A stretch of 64,000 nt of DNA from Octopus vulgaris (GCA_951406725.2 OX597820.1:46190001-46254000), one strand, 5' to 3'. Shown: positions 12,880 through 27,154, counted from the stretch's first letter. A program made the numbers and translations. Notes: generated by a model from the sequence alone, not told the origin.

Positions 12880-13780
12880 GGTACACTGCTGTTTTTAAAA
12901 TCCGGTTGTATATTGTTAGCCTTGTATGTAATAATCTTGCATTTATTAAATAGGTAATTATGTTAATGGAAAACCATTCTTAACATGAGTTTACGATGTT
13001 CTTGTCTTTATGCCTGGGGGAAACTGATATCTTACGAGACAGGGAAGGGTTTTAAAAATAGGTGTACTTACATTTATTAAAGATGATGGATTATACTGCA
13101 TGGTATTTTTGCTGTTCATTCTCCTTTTGGGTCATGTATGTCTATGAAATTTAATAGCTTCTTTGAAACCACTTACTGGATACCAGTACATTATTACATG
13201 AAATCGCTACTTTTTCAATTATGCAACGGTATAAGAGGTTGCCGAAATTCGTTTGCTCAAATTAGTGGATAAATTTCTAAGAATATACGTTTAATGATTC
13301 AAATAGATGTCTATTTATAAAACTGCGTGGCTTGGTTTTTATGTATGATTGGAATTTTTTTGTCATCAAGGTTGAATGCTACATCTAAGAAATTGACTAT
13401 TTTGAGATAACTACTTACTTGTAATCTTTAAGTTCAGGTCGTTAAACAGTTTGTGTATGTATTTCTTGAATTTACCTGCCTGCTAAAGCGTTTCATATTT
13501 TTGACGATTAATTGACCATCGTCTCTATAAATTCCTCGTTTAATGGTGTGGAACTTGCTGTAAAGAAAATCTAGAATATATATTCCAAATAGGTTTGAAA
13601 TGTCTTCGGAATGTCTAGTTCTCATGATTACTGCAAACAGATCTACGTTACGTTTTTCCAAGCTTCTGTTTTTCTTAAATAAGTAGGTCTGTTTTCTGGC
13701 GTGAATTATTATTTTTATGTTGCTATCTCTCTGATAGTAGTACGGAGTTTTGAGATTTCTAGAGCCCTTGGTAATAGATA
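12880..13780 (-). pseudogene. Penelope-like (Naiad-like) RT plus GIY-YIG relic
   Basis: Minus-strand fragments EDISNLFGIYILDFL...GIYRDDG, IVNFLDVAFNLDD, then KNGFPL and IITYKA at the linker and start of GIY-YIG. Many stops and frameshifts. Confidence 0.7.
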
Positions 13781-14231
13781 TTTAGTGATAGATGTGTAGT
13801 AGTCACTTTTATTAAAATAGATGAAGTAATATTCTTGTTTAATAAACACCAATAGTAACTACAAAAATGTTGTTTAGGCAGACACATAAATGCTTTTGAC
13901 TCAGTATAAACACAGCAATATTCACATGCATATTTATACACTTGCGTTCACAACAAACAGTTCAACCCAAAAGCATTAACACACATTCGCATGATCACTA
14001 CAGTAAGCAGTTCAGAACAATACACAGATAGACAAACGTATACATAAATATACTCCAATAGATATAAAAATGTACAAATACACACAAGAACACACTCAAA
14101 CGTACAGACAGACACAGAAAAATCACAAAGATATCACTCTATAAGAACGTATGTTTCACAATTAAAACAATGTTAAAAAGAAAAGGCTTTGCTTGAATTA
14201 TTCTTTTAGGAATCAATAAATGCAGGTGGAA

Positions 14232-14634
14232 AGGCGGCGAGCTGGCACAAACATTAGCATGCCAGGCAAAATGCTTAGCGGCATTTCGTCTGCCGCTACG
14301 TTCTGAATTCAAATTCTGCGTAGGTCGACTTTGCCTTTCATCCTTTCGGGGCCGATTAAATAAGTACCAGTTGCGCACTGAGGTCGATATAATCGACTTA
14401 ATCCGTTTGTCTGTCCTTGTTTGTCCTCTCTGTGTTTAGCTCCTTGTGGGTAGTAAAGAAACAGGTATTTCGTCTGTCTTTACGTTCTGAGTTCAAGTTC
14501 CGCCGAGGTCGACTTTGCCTTTCATCCTTTCGGGGTCGATAAATTAAGTATCAGTTGCGTACTGGGGTTGATCTAATCGACTGCCCCTCCTTCCCCCAAA
14601 ATTCTGGCCTTGTCCCTAGAGTAGAAAACAATAT
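14232..14634 (+). mobile_element. Dimeric SINE family B with TSD
   Basis: Two tandem body units flanked by ATGCAGGTGGAA at 14220-14231 and 14635-14646. Confidence 0.85.
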
Positions 14635-14822
14635 ATGCAGGTGGAATAATGAACATTATCCGAAAATTGAGATAGTGTCTAAATCAGCAGTTATATTGTA
14701 CCGACGGAATATACAGCAAATGACAAAAAAAATTATTAATGATATAGACGCACATATATGTATATTATATGTGTATTTACATATTTAAGAGTGAATATGT
14801 GTGTGTCTATACATACGCATAT

Positions 14823-14869
<47 letters not shown>

Positions 14870-15089
14870 CATTCATATGTGTGTGTGTGTATAGGTTTGG
14901 AAATACAAAGAGAAGTAATAGGACTCAAAAGAAGAAACAAGAATTTATATATTTTTCTCTTTAATCGGTTGGCGTTACAAGGTGGCTCAATGGCAATGAA
15001 TTCTGTGCATGGAACTTATCAATGGTAAGTAAATTATATGCATCTGTAAAGTAATCATATATATATATATATATATATTATATGTAGAA

Positions 15090-15333
15090 AAATGCAAACT
15101 GGGACAAGAACGTAAAACATTTAGAAGACGATACAAAAAACACGGACGGGACATTCGAAGCCTTCGATCTTCAGTCAAGAACCGGATAATCCTAGCAATT
15201 TCGGCTAATTAATCTTGAGATCGCTCCGATCTGGCCAGCCCCAAGGAAAAACTAAGCTACGAGCATTAGATTTCTTGGAAGAAGGATCGTCGAATGTATA
15301 CGAAACAGGGACAGAAAAACGGACGATGCCAAT
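15090..15333. repeat. (TA)n-embedded dispersed repeat
   Basis: The first ~100 bp match 10393-10495 (GGGACAAGAACG...CACGGACGGG...TCTTCAGTCAAGAACCGGAT). Both copies are flanked by (TA)n. Confidence 0.7.
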
Positions 15334-15716
15334 ATATATATATATATATATATATATCTGTATTATATATATATAAACATTACATAGCTATGTTGTATTG
15401 AGAGGGTCGTGAGTTTCCTTTGAGAGCAATACGCTTAAACCACACACAGATACACACGGGCACACATACTCACACCGCACCGCACACTCACACACACACA
15501 TTCACGTTCACACGTGCACACGCACACACACACACACAGGTAGAAAGAGGGTGATTGGGAGTGATAAAGGTGTGCGGTGAGTACAGGTAGAATTCTTAAA
15601 AAGCACAAATAAAGCCAATCAAAATTCCATCTGTTACCATTCTTTGCACATTGCAACATCTAATACATTCTGCAGGTGTCGTGCTTTCTTTGTAATAGTT
15701 CGTAAAGCTGCGTGCG

Positions 15717-15754
<38 letters not shown>

Positions 15755-15964
15755 CACACGCAAATACGTACACACGCGTATACGCATGCACGCACGCAGT
15801 TCGGTTAGCACATGCTCCACAGTTCGGTCTCGGGGGAACCAGATGTTCACATCGAGTTTCTAGTGCTTCAGGGTGACATTCACAGACAACTATAACATAA
15901 GTATGTGTTTCAAGATCTCTTTCTCCCTCCACACTCTCTCTCCCTTCTCTCGCTCTCTCATGCA

Positions 15965-15997
<33 letters not shown>

Positions 15998-16601
15998 GCT
16001 CGCTCGCTCTGTCTGTCTGTCACTTATTCTTATGAAGTAGCTATGCTGATATTCTATTTCTTAAATAATACATACATGCACATACATACAGACATACACA
16101 TACACATACGCACACACAAAGACACACAGACATATGTATAAATATATGTATGCCCGTGTGTGTGTGTGTGTATATATGTGTGTGAGTGTGTGCGTGCGTG
16201 TGTGTATTGACATGTGTGATGATTGTCTTGTCGCTAGAAGAACCTGACTATCGCTGGCAAGTTTTAAGTATCAGCAATGCTCATGCCAAGGTTTTAAGAT
16301 TCTAAGTCAACAGCAGTCACTGTGAATGACTCCTACTAGCAATACCGAGAATCCCAAAGACAAGCAAATTGCTAGATCTCCGGCTCAGTTGAGCACCGGG
16401 GTTTATATACGAGTTAGCCTTCTCCAAGAAAGCTACCTTCGCAAAGACCAGGATTCCCTCATTCTCAGTGAGTTTACTGTAGCCGCGGACACCAAGCTGA
16501 ATATTTTTACGTTCCAGTGTATACAGAAACGCACGCACGCAAGCATACGCAAACGCACACACACGCATATATAATACATATACATAAATATATATACATA
16601 C

Positions 16602-16640
<39 letters not shown>

Positions 16641-16910
16641 AATGCACCTACATGCATATACATACATGTACATGCATTCATATATATATATAGATATAGA
16701 TATATGAATATATATGTGTGTGTATGCATATGCATATATATAAATGCATATATATATATACATATATATGCGCACCTATATATATATATATGTGTATGTG
16801 CGTGTGTGTGTGTATTTATGTGTATATATACATATACATACATACATACATACATACATACATACGTACATAGATACATACATACATACATACATACATA
16901 AATACATACA

Positions 16911-16942
<32 letters not shown>

Positions 16943-16988
16943 GACATACATACATACATACATACACACATACATACGTACATACATA

Positions 16989-17970
16989 CAGGCATACCTT
17001 GGCTTAAGACTTTTCGATTTAAGTCGTTCTCGATTATCCGTCGGTTTTCAAAATTAATATTTGGAAAAATATGAATCAAGTTAAGTAATTTTACTTGAAT
17101 TTACGTTTGTCCGCCACAAATATTTGAATCGTAAAATCACTAGAAAACCTTTAAAAACACATAAAATCATGTTACAATAAATAAGAATAAAAGCATATAA
17201 AATCATATTAAAATACGTACAGTAAATGTTAAGATACACGCCATAAAGTAGTGTAGCTTAGTAAACAAAATCATGAAATCAGCTGCGTTGTCTTATTTAT
17301 GGGTCTTTCGGAGCTCATATTGCATTGTAGTTCCAATATCTACCGTTAGGCGTCGTTGTCACTCGTAATTCCCGCCCTTGTTTTGAATTCAGATTTACTT
17401 ACGTCTGTTTATCGTCTACTTTCTCATTCTCATTCATTTGTGAGCTTATTTTTTGGCCCCATGGCTCCCAAGAAAATTCGTAGTGAAAGCGCTAAGCGTC
17501 ATGTTATAACGTTGGTAGATATACTGGCTATGATAAAACGCCATGAAAAAGTGAAGAAGTGGTAGTAATTGCACGGTCTTTTGAAATGAGTCGGACAACT
17601 GTATCGACGATTGTACATAATAAGGACAAGATTTTAGCATATATCAAATCTGAAACCCCATGGATGAAGAACACTGTCATCAATAAGAAAAGAGGCAAAA
17701 CCTTTGAAGAAATGGGAAGTCTTCTTTCTCTTTGGATTGTTAGGTTGAATCATCAGCGTGCTACTATTAGTCAAGAAATCATTCAAGAGAAAACGTTGTC
17801 TTTGTTTGAGAACCTGAAAACAAAAATGTCCAGATGAGAAAGATGTAGTGTTGAAGGCAAGTCAAAGATGGCTCATGAGATTTAAGGAGCGAAGAAGTTA
17901 TCACTTCATTATGAAGCAAGGTGAAAGTGCATCAGCTAACGAACAAGCAGCAACGGAATTTCCTGTTTAA
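16989..17970 (+). mobile_element. Tigger/pogo-family DNA transposon, truncated, transposase pseudogene from 17461
   Basis: Starts TA|CAGGCATACCT (Tigger-type TIR). Frameshifted MAPKK...ITL..., IARSFEMSRTTVSTI, EEMGSLLSLWI...IQEK, KASQRWLMRFKER...GESASA match the CENP-B-type HTH domains. No DDE domain or right TIR seen. Confidence 0.85.
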
Positions 17971-18762
17971 AATAATTTAGTTTGTTACTATTGCAAAATA
18001 ATAATAATTACTGAACTTGTTTTTTAAGCAAAAAGAAAAGTCTTTTATTTTACCATGTTATTCATAAATAAAGTGTCCGTGATGTACGGTAAACACCGCC
18101 GAGTTGTATTCGTAAATTTAGATTACTTTTTATTTCACAGTACTGTATTAAAAAATAAAAATTAAGCTTAAAACAGGTTTTTATTAAACATGTATTATTG
18201 AAAATGCATTTATAAATAAAGTACATAGATCGATAGATAGATACTCACAAACGCGCACATCATTTATATATTTTTGTTGTTTTTGCTGTTTATTAATTTT
18301 AAGACAGTTCGAATTTGGATGACCTATTGAAAGTTACACCTATCTTAGAGACCAGAGCATCGAGAAAAACGCCAATTTTAATAAGAATATGACGTAATTT
18401 GTGGAAGATTTAGCTATGATTTCTAGCGGTTATTATTAGCACCTAGTTGGGTATCGTAGACAACTCACCTCGTTGGCTCGTTAATTATAGGTATGTGTCA
18501 TTGTTTTTCAAATAAATATATAAAAGTGCTTAAACGCCCTCCTGTGGCGATACTATAGCGAAACAGCTACGTGCGTATTTATAAGAATGTGAACGAAATG
18601 TTTAATATTCTCTCGCATTTTTCTTCAGTGGGATCACATTTAGTGATAGCAACTTACAAAATGGATAGATTCTTATATTTGAAATATATGATGATAAGGG
18701 TTCACGAACCTCGCTTATCTGATGACTGGTTGTACCATGTTTTTCGTTTTACAAATATTTGT

Positions 18763-19115
18763 AGGCGTGGCTGTGTGGTAAGAAGTTTCCTTCTCAAACC
18801 ATAGTTCCAAGTTCAATCTCACTGCGTGGTACCGTGGACAAGTGCTTTCGGCTATAACCCCGGACCGATCGTAGACATGTGAGAGGATTTGGTTGATGGA
18901 AACTGAAACTGTTTGTGTTTGTTCCTCACCACCTCCTCACAACCGGTGTTGCTTTGTTTACGTCCACGTAAATCAAAGCAGTTCGGCAAAAGAAAACGAT
19001 AGTATAGGTACCTGTCTTATTAAATAAATAAGTACTGGGATCGATTTGTTCGACAAAACCCTTCAAGGCAGTGCCCCAGCATGAACGCAATCCAATGACT
19101 GAAACATGAAAGATA
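18763..19115 (+). mobile_element. SINE family A, diverged
   Basis: AGGCGTGGCTGTGTGGTAAG head; GGCAGTGCCCCAGCATG tail. Confidence 0.75.
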
Positions 19116-19361
19116 ATATAAGAAAGAAAGAATAGGTTTGCTTTGATCATTTGGTTTTATATATAGTAAATAGGATTTGCGTAACTACAAGGGATTGTAC
19201 GTACATACACATATACATACAAAAATACCCTGTTGTTGATGTTGAAATTCCGATAAAGTAGCCTTGGAACTAGGTTAGAAACTGGCTCATTCTCCATTGG
19301 GAAGAAATCTTGAAATAAAACTGAATAATGACATCAATGGATCCATTATATATATATATAT

Positions 19362-19486
19362 AACATCTTATAATTAAGGGCTAAAGAAGGTTATTCTAAA
19401 GCCAATACACTGATTTATCCACTTATAATCCACTTGTTACAGAAAATTGAACTGTAAGTTCCTTTAGCCCTTAATTATAAGATGTT
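19362..19486. repeat. 25-bp perfect inverted repeat next to (TA)n
   Basis: AACATCTTATAATTAAGGGCTAAAG 19362-86 versus CTTTAGCCCTTAATTATAAGATGTT 19462-86. Confidence 0.8.
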
Positions 19487-19578
19487 TATACTTCAACCAT
19501 AAAGGTTTTTTAATATACTGCCACGCTTTTTGATGGAATCCTTTTCTGTAGAGAAAGGGACTTCATCCTATATTGTTA

Positions 19579-19652
<74 letters not shown>

Positions 19653-19847
19653 GCATACATACATATATATTTATAGTGCTCAGGTGTGGTGTGCGTGGGT
19701 GGTGAGATTTTTCTCATCGAGGTATAAGGTGTAAGTTTATTTTCAGCTTGCGTTTGTTCTGTTACATTTATTTGGTTCATATATTTAGTAAGGGGAATGT
19801 GAGTACTTAATTGCATTATTGCGCTATAGGTATGTGTATATGCAACC

Positions 19848-19886
<39 letters not shown>

Positions 19887-20239
19887 AAATTTGAAATAAC
19901 TTTTGTAGAAGATTCTTATGGAAATATTTGTAAAGTAATTTTTATAGATTATATTGAAAACTTTTATACAAGATTAGAACTGCGAAATTCCATTGTTTAG
20001 AAGTCAGGTTTCTAAGGTTGCGGTCTGTATGTTTGTGTATGTATGTCATTATTCAGTTTTATTTCAAGATTCCTCGCCAATAGAGAAAGAGCTGGTTTCT
20101 AACCTAGATCCAATGTTCCTTCATTGGAAGTTTAACATCTATTGGATATTTTTGTATGTATGTATGTATGTATGTATGTATGTATGTATGTATTATGTAT
20201 ATGTGAGTGTCTATGTGTGTTGAATAGTGTGTAATAATG

Positions 20240-21080
20240 GTTTCAAGTTTTGACACTGTGCCAGCAGTTGTTGAGGAGTAGGATAAGTCGGTGACATCAA
20301 CCCCATGACTTGACTGGAACTTATTTTATCGTTCTCGAAAGGATGGATGAAAGGCAAAGTTGACTTCGGGGCGATTTGAACTCAGAACGTAAAAACGAAC
20401 GAAATGCCGCTAAGCATTTTGTCCGACACGCTAACGATTCTACTAGCACGCTTTCTTTTCGGAACACTATATAAGAACTCCAGTCCACATTGCTTTATCA
20501 TTTCTAAAATTATCAACCGAGACGAGTCTACATGTGACTAGTAAGGTCTTTTTTTTATCTTAGAAGTAATGCCAAGAACAACTTATCCATTGTTAAAGTC
20601 CAACAATTAGAGACGGCAATATCAAGAGAAACAAGGTGGTGAACTGGCAGAATGCTGGGCAAAATGCTTAGCGACATTTCGTCCGTCTTTACGTCCTGAG
20701 CTTAAATTCCGTAGAGATCAACTTTGCCTTTTATTCTTTTGGGGTTGATAAAATAAGACCCAATTGAACACGGGGGTCGATGAAATTGACTTAGCTCCTT
20801 CTTCAAAATGGCTGGGTTTGTGATAAAATTTGAACCCAATATCATAAGAAACAACAAGACGGCGAACTGGTGGAATTGTTAGCACACCGGGCAAAATGCT
20901 TAGCGGTATTTCGTATGTCTCTATGTTCTGAGTTCAAATTCCACCAAGGTCGAATTTACCTTTCATTTCTTTTTCAGGGTTTATAAAATAAGTACCTGTT
21001 GAGCACCGTGGTTGATATAATTGACATATTTACTCTCCCGCAAACTTGCAGGCCTTGTGTCAAAATTTGAAACCAATATT
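20240..21080. mobile_element. Three SINE family B copies (one minus, two plus in tandem)
   Basis: Family B body at 20240-20460 (-), 20635-20840 (+) and 20858-21080 (+). Confidence 0.8.
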
Positions 21081-21332
21081 AAAAGAAACTACAAAAATGA
21101 TAACTAAAATTAACTGAAGCGCACACACACAGAAACACATACTATTATATACATATATACGTACATGTATGTGTGTATTTATGTGTGTGTGTGTGTGCGT
21201 GCGTGTGCGCGTGTGTGTGTAATTGAATCAAAGTAGCACGCACCAATTTGGTCTGAGTTACATATATTTTTAATAACCAATCTGACTCAGCTCCATGTAA
21301 CTTAAGCTGTTATTCAACATGCGAGTGTCTTT

Positions 21333-21374
<42 letters not shown>

Positions 21375-21377
<3 letters not shown>

Positions 21378-21539
21378 TATACGACGGGCTTCTTTCACTT
21401 TCCGTCTACCAAATCCTCTCACAAGGCTTTGGTCTTCCCGAGGCTAAAATAGAAGACACAAGGTGCCACGCAAATGGGACTGAACTCGGAACCATGTGGT
21501 TGGTAAGCAAGCTACTTAACACACAGCCACTCCTGCGCG
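21375..21539 (-). mobile_element. SINE family A 5' half
   Basis: ACGACGGGCTTCTTTCA...CACAGCCACTCCTGCGC. Confidence 0.8.
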
Positions 21540-22253
21540 ATGATTTAATCTTCGAGATAGTGTAACATGCCCCAAAAATCAACAGAAAGAAGAAAGTTAT
21601 TTCTTACAAATGTTATTCTCCCGTGAATGGGACGTTAGGGTCAGTATACAAAGGACTGCAATAGTCGGTTCTTTCACAATGGTGAGAGGAAAATAACAAC
21701 GACAAAGCTCGCGTACCTTTGGTAATAACTGCGTCTGTTGCAGATGTTAAAAAGAGGTTGTTTGCAAGAAACAGAAAGACGTGTAGTGTCTGAAAGCGAA
21801 AACGACTGCCCACTAATTTTCCGAGAGGGTTCTTATTTATACAAGCTGGAGAGCTGAATGTAGGTCGTGAAATGAAGTGCTTTGCTCAAGAACACAACGC
21901 GTCGCCCGATCTAGGAATCGAAACCACAATCTTACGATCATGATGCTGACATCCTAACCACTAAGCCACGCGCCTCCATAGCTCGGAGAATAATGGGAAA
22001 GTAATTAGGTTATCTATGTTAACCTGTATTTAAACCACGAATATTCATTTAAACAATAGAAATTATCTAAGTTTGGTAAGTGCTAATGCCGAGAGACAAT
22101 TTCTAAGTGCTAATGCCAAGAATAATGGAAAAGAACTGGTAGAAAAATCTAGGCTAGAGTTTCAATTCGTTGCTAAGAATCCAGGAGACAATTTGTTTCA
22201 TTTCTCCTCTCTTTCGCTCTCTCTTTCGCTCTCTCTCTCTCGTTCACTTTCGT

Positions 22254-22830
<577 letters not shown>

Positions 22831-23072
22831 ACTGCAAACGTAGGGAAATAAATAGGACATTGGACTGAAGAAAACATCTCCAGGAAATCATACCGCAGTC
22901 TTATTCGACACACTTTTACAATAAAAGAGTATGTAGACTCGTTCTCGTTATATGTTTATGTAGGATTATGTAATATGTCACGTGTTACAAAAGGATTATA
23001 TGTGATGCTTTATATACAGACTGCTCGGTCAGGACAGACCCGATACCACGCAACAACAATTGCAACGACGGC

Positions 23073-23130
<58 letters not shown>

Positions 23131-23141
23131 CGATGACGATG

Positions 23142-23173
<32 letters not shown>

Positions 23174-23241
23174 GATCATCATCATCATCATCGTCATCAT
23201 CATCGTCGTCATCATCATCATCGTCGTCGTCGTCGTCGTCG

Positions 23242-23275
<34 letters not shown>
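23073..23275. repeat. (GAT)n followed by (CAT/CGT)n
   Basis: Visible tracts that are complementary to each other. Confidence 0.95.
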
Positions 23276-23532
23276 TTTAATCAACGTCATCATTAGCATC
23301 AACGTCATTATTATTAACAACATCAACATCAATCATAATTTTTTCCATGTTTCAGCCATCGTACCTCGGACATGCTAGGGCACTGCTTTAACAGTCTTTA
23401 GGCGAATCGATGGAATAAAATCTAGATTTTTTTTTTTTTAAATGTAGTTTTTTTATTCCCACGGTCTCTTTTTCTGAACTGCTTACTTATGGGGACGTAA
23501 ACAAGCTGCTACATATTGGATGGGAGCGCACG

Positions 23533-23616
<84 letters not shown>

Positions 23617-23824
23617 TGTGTGTGTGTGTATGTGTGTGTGTGTGCGTGTGTGAGACAGAGTGCGAAAGAAAGTGAAAGAGAGAGAGAGACAAAAGCACAA
23701 AGCAATATCGACGTTATCAGTTGCTACATCGAAAAAATCAAGACTGACAAAAGCAACAACAACAACTACCACAACAATAAAAAACATCAACAACAAAGAC
23801 ACCACCACCAACGTCACTACCACG

Positions 23825-23856
<32 letters not shown>

Positions 23857-24114
23857 TACCATCATCATGAACAACAACAACAACAACAAAACAATTCAAT
23901 AAAGAACCATGTACACACCAAATAGACATTTCCGGCAAACCCTCTGTCATTTACAGAGACACACGTTGTTAATTTATTAATCTGTTGTTTTAATGGCTTC
24001 CTATATAGTTTTTCATGGATTGATTATATCGATTGATTATTTACACATACACAAACACCTACCTACGTATGTATGTTTTGCGTATATGTGCAGTATATAT
24101 GTGTATATTTTGCA

Positions 24115-24171
<57 letters not shown>

Positions 24172-24223
24172 AAAGGGTAAAGACCCCCTTCGGTCATGAA
24201 TGACCATGGGAACCTAGAAAGTT

Positions 24224-24928
<705 letters not shown>

Positions 24929-25234
24929 CTAAATTTAGGGATTATATAGAAGGTGTGTATATATCCATACATATATCGGTCCCATTTTAGCATATATCTA
25001 GAACAGAACTTGAAGGAATTTTATAAGCAAATAGTACAGGAAGATTTGGAAGTAACTCGTCAGTGACCTAAGGAAGATTTTAACTCGATTAACGAGGTAA
25101 GATTAACTTCAATGCATCGCAGTCCGACGATGGCTTAGCAGGCCGGAACTGCGAAGTCACAGTCAACAAAATTCTTGTTTAAGAACACACACACACTCAC
25201 ATACACACGCTTCAAATTTTTATAAATTTATCCG

Positions 25235-25277
25235 GATATTTGATAAGACGAGCTTCATTATCGAAACCGGTAATATT
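25235..25277 (+). ncRNA. Minimal hammerhead ribozyme, U3-A8 variant
   Basis: ATAT-TTGATAA-GACGA-gcttca-TTATC-GAAA-CCGG-TA-ATAT, with one mismatch in stem II. Confidence 0.6.
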
Positions 25278-25624
25278 TTCTTTATATAATTTTTTAAATA
25301 ATTTTAAAATTTATTTCTCAGATTGAAATGTTTTAGATTTACTTCTGTGCTATTTCCACCTCCATTTTTTGATTTGCATAGATCTGTAATATTTTTTCAA
25401 CTTATATATGTATATATAAATAAATAAATATATATGTGTATATGCGTCTGTGAAAGAAAAAGGGATTAAAATTCCAGGTGAAAAGTTTTTTACGCACTCT
25501 GTTGAAGTCAAACTTGGCTAACCAAATCGACCAGTGAGAGATATTGCAATTCACGCAGTTGGTAAATTTACATTCCGCTGTCTGTCCAATTTCTAACTCC
25601 AAAGTTGTTATGCCGAATAAAATC

Positions 25625-25800
25625 GTGTGGGAAGATGAATGGAGGCATAGCGTCGCTGTCACTTGTGATCACTCCAAAACGTTGACAGGATGACTGATTT
25701 TGATGACTCTCGGTACATGCTTTGGGGAGACGAGAAGACAACGGTTGTTCTGAATGCTCACCATCAGTTCTTATTGGAACTTCCGGTAAGAATGCCAAGC
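25625..25800 (-). pseudogene. Tc1/mariner superfamily (maT/DD37D-like) transposase relic
   Basis: Frameshifted MVSIQNNRCLLVSPKHVPRVIKISHPVNV followed by FGVITSDSDAMPPFIFPH, matching N.QN.R..../HP..VMV.G.....G..MPP..F. Confidence 0.65.
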
Positions 25801-26259
25801 AGGACAGCATGTCGTTTCCAAATTTCTGGGTGAGTGAATCGTATCATGGTGGTGTTTTTTCTCACAGACGGTGCCCAACTGACCATACTATACTGTGTAG
25901 TAGACAAAATCAAATATAAACAATGCGCATGCACGAAAATAAAAATATGAAATGGCGACAATTTACCCATCGCAACTCACAGGAATTTCACGTTTTATTT
26001 ACCATGTTATAATAACATGACATAAGATAATATATATCACGTGCATATATGCATATACACGTGCATACACATGCATATATTTAAATATTGATACATTCAT
26101 GCATGGCTGTACACGTAAAGACATGAATGCTTCAAGCCAGGTTAATCCTGTTAATTATAAGATTTGGAGGCCCTAAACAAATAGTCATGGGTGCTGACCT
26201 ATATACCTTGTCTAAACACTGCGTGTGCCTGTTTGACAATATATATATATATATATGCG

Positions 26260-26321
<62 letters not shown>

Positions 26322-26322
26322 A

Positions 26323-26620
26323 CTGGCACTCCGTCGGATACGACGTCGAGTGCTATAGTTAATCCGATCAATGGAATGGCTTGCTCGTGAAATTAACGTG
26401 CAAGAGGCGGTGCACGCGTAACGTTAATGAGATTCAGCGTGACTCAGAACGTGACAAGGCTGGTCCTTTGAAATACAAGTACCACTCATTTTTGCTAGTT
26501 GAGTGGAGTGGAGCAACGTGAAGTGAAGTGTTTTGCTCAAAGACACAACGCGCCGCTGCGTACCTAACTTACGGCCTTCTGCTCGGGAGACAAATACCCT
26601 AACCATTCAGCCGCCTGCCT
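26323..26620 (-). mobile_element. SINE family C-related copy
   Basis: GCACTCCGTCGG...GCTCGTGAAATTAACGTG...GATTCAGCGTGAC shared with 319-700. Confidence 0.75.
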
Positions 26621-26633
26621 TGATATACATACA

Positions 26634-26666
<33 letters not shown>

Positions 26667-26667
<1 letters not shown>

Positions 26668-27067
26668 CTCTTTTACTTTTACTTGTTTCAGCCATTTGAT
26701 TGCGGCCAAGCTGGAGCCCCGCATTTAAGCGAGCAAATCGACTCCAGGACTTATTCTTTGTAAGTCGAGTACTTATTCTATCGATCTATTTTGCCAAACC
26801 GCTAAGTTACGGGGACGTAAACACAACAGCATCGGTTGTCAAGCGATGTTAGGGGGACAAACACAGACACACAAATACACACTCACATACATATACATAT
26901 ATACGACGGACTTCTTTTCAGTTTCCGTCTGCCAAATCCACTCACAAGGCTTTGGTCGTCTCGAGGCTATAGTAGAAGACACTTGTCCAAGATGCCACGC
27001 AGTGAACTGAATCCGGAACTATGTGGTTGGTAAGCAAGCTACTTACCTCACAGCCACTCCTTCGCCT
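26667..27067 (-). mobile_element. SINE family A, full length
   Basis: Colinear with 41265-41659. Confidence 0.85.
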
Positions 27068-27154
27068 ACATACATACACTTACGCACCCACATCTATTTA
27101 TAATAGCATATAGACATACATGAATGCTGGCGCGTGCACACACACACACATACA

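Noticed and set aside
15148-15178. Minus-strand CTGAAGA-TCGAAGGCTTC-GAAT-GTC (also ~10448-10475)
   Set aside because: No GAAA and no stem I or III that I can build, so it is not counted as a hammerhead.
16326-16520. Unique-looking 82-aa ORF ([10 protein letters not shown]...)
   Set aside because: No recognisable domain or clear splice sites, and it runs into a microsatellite.
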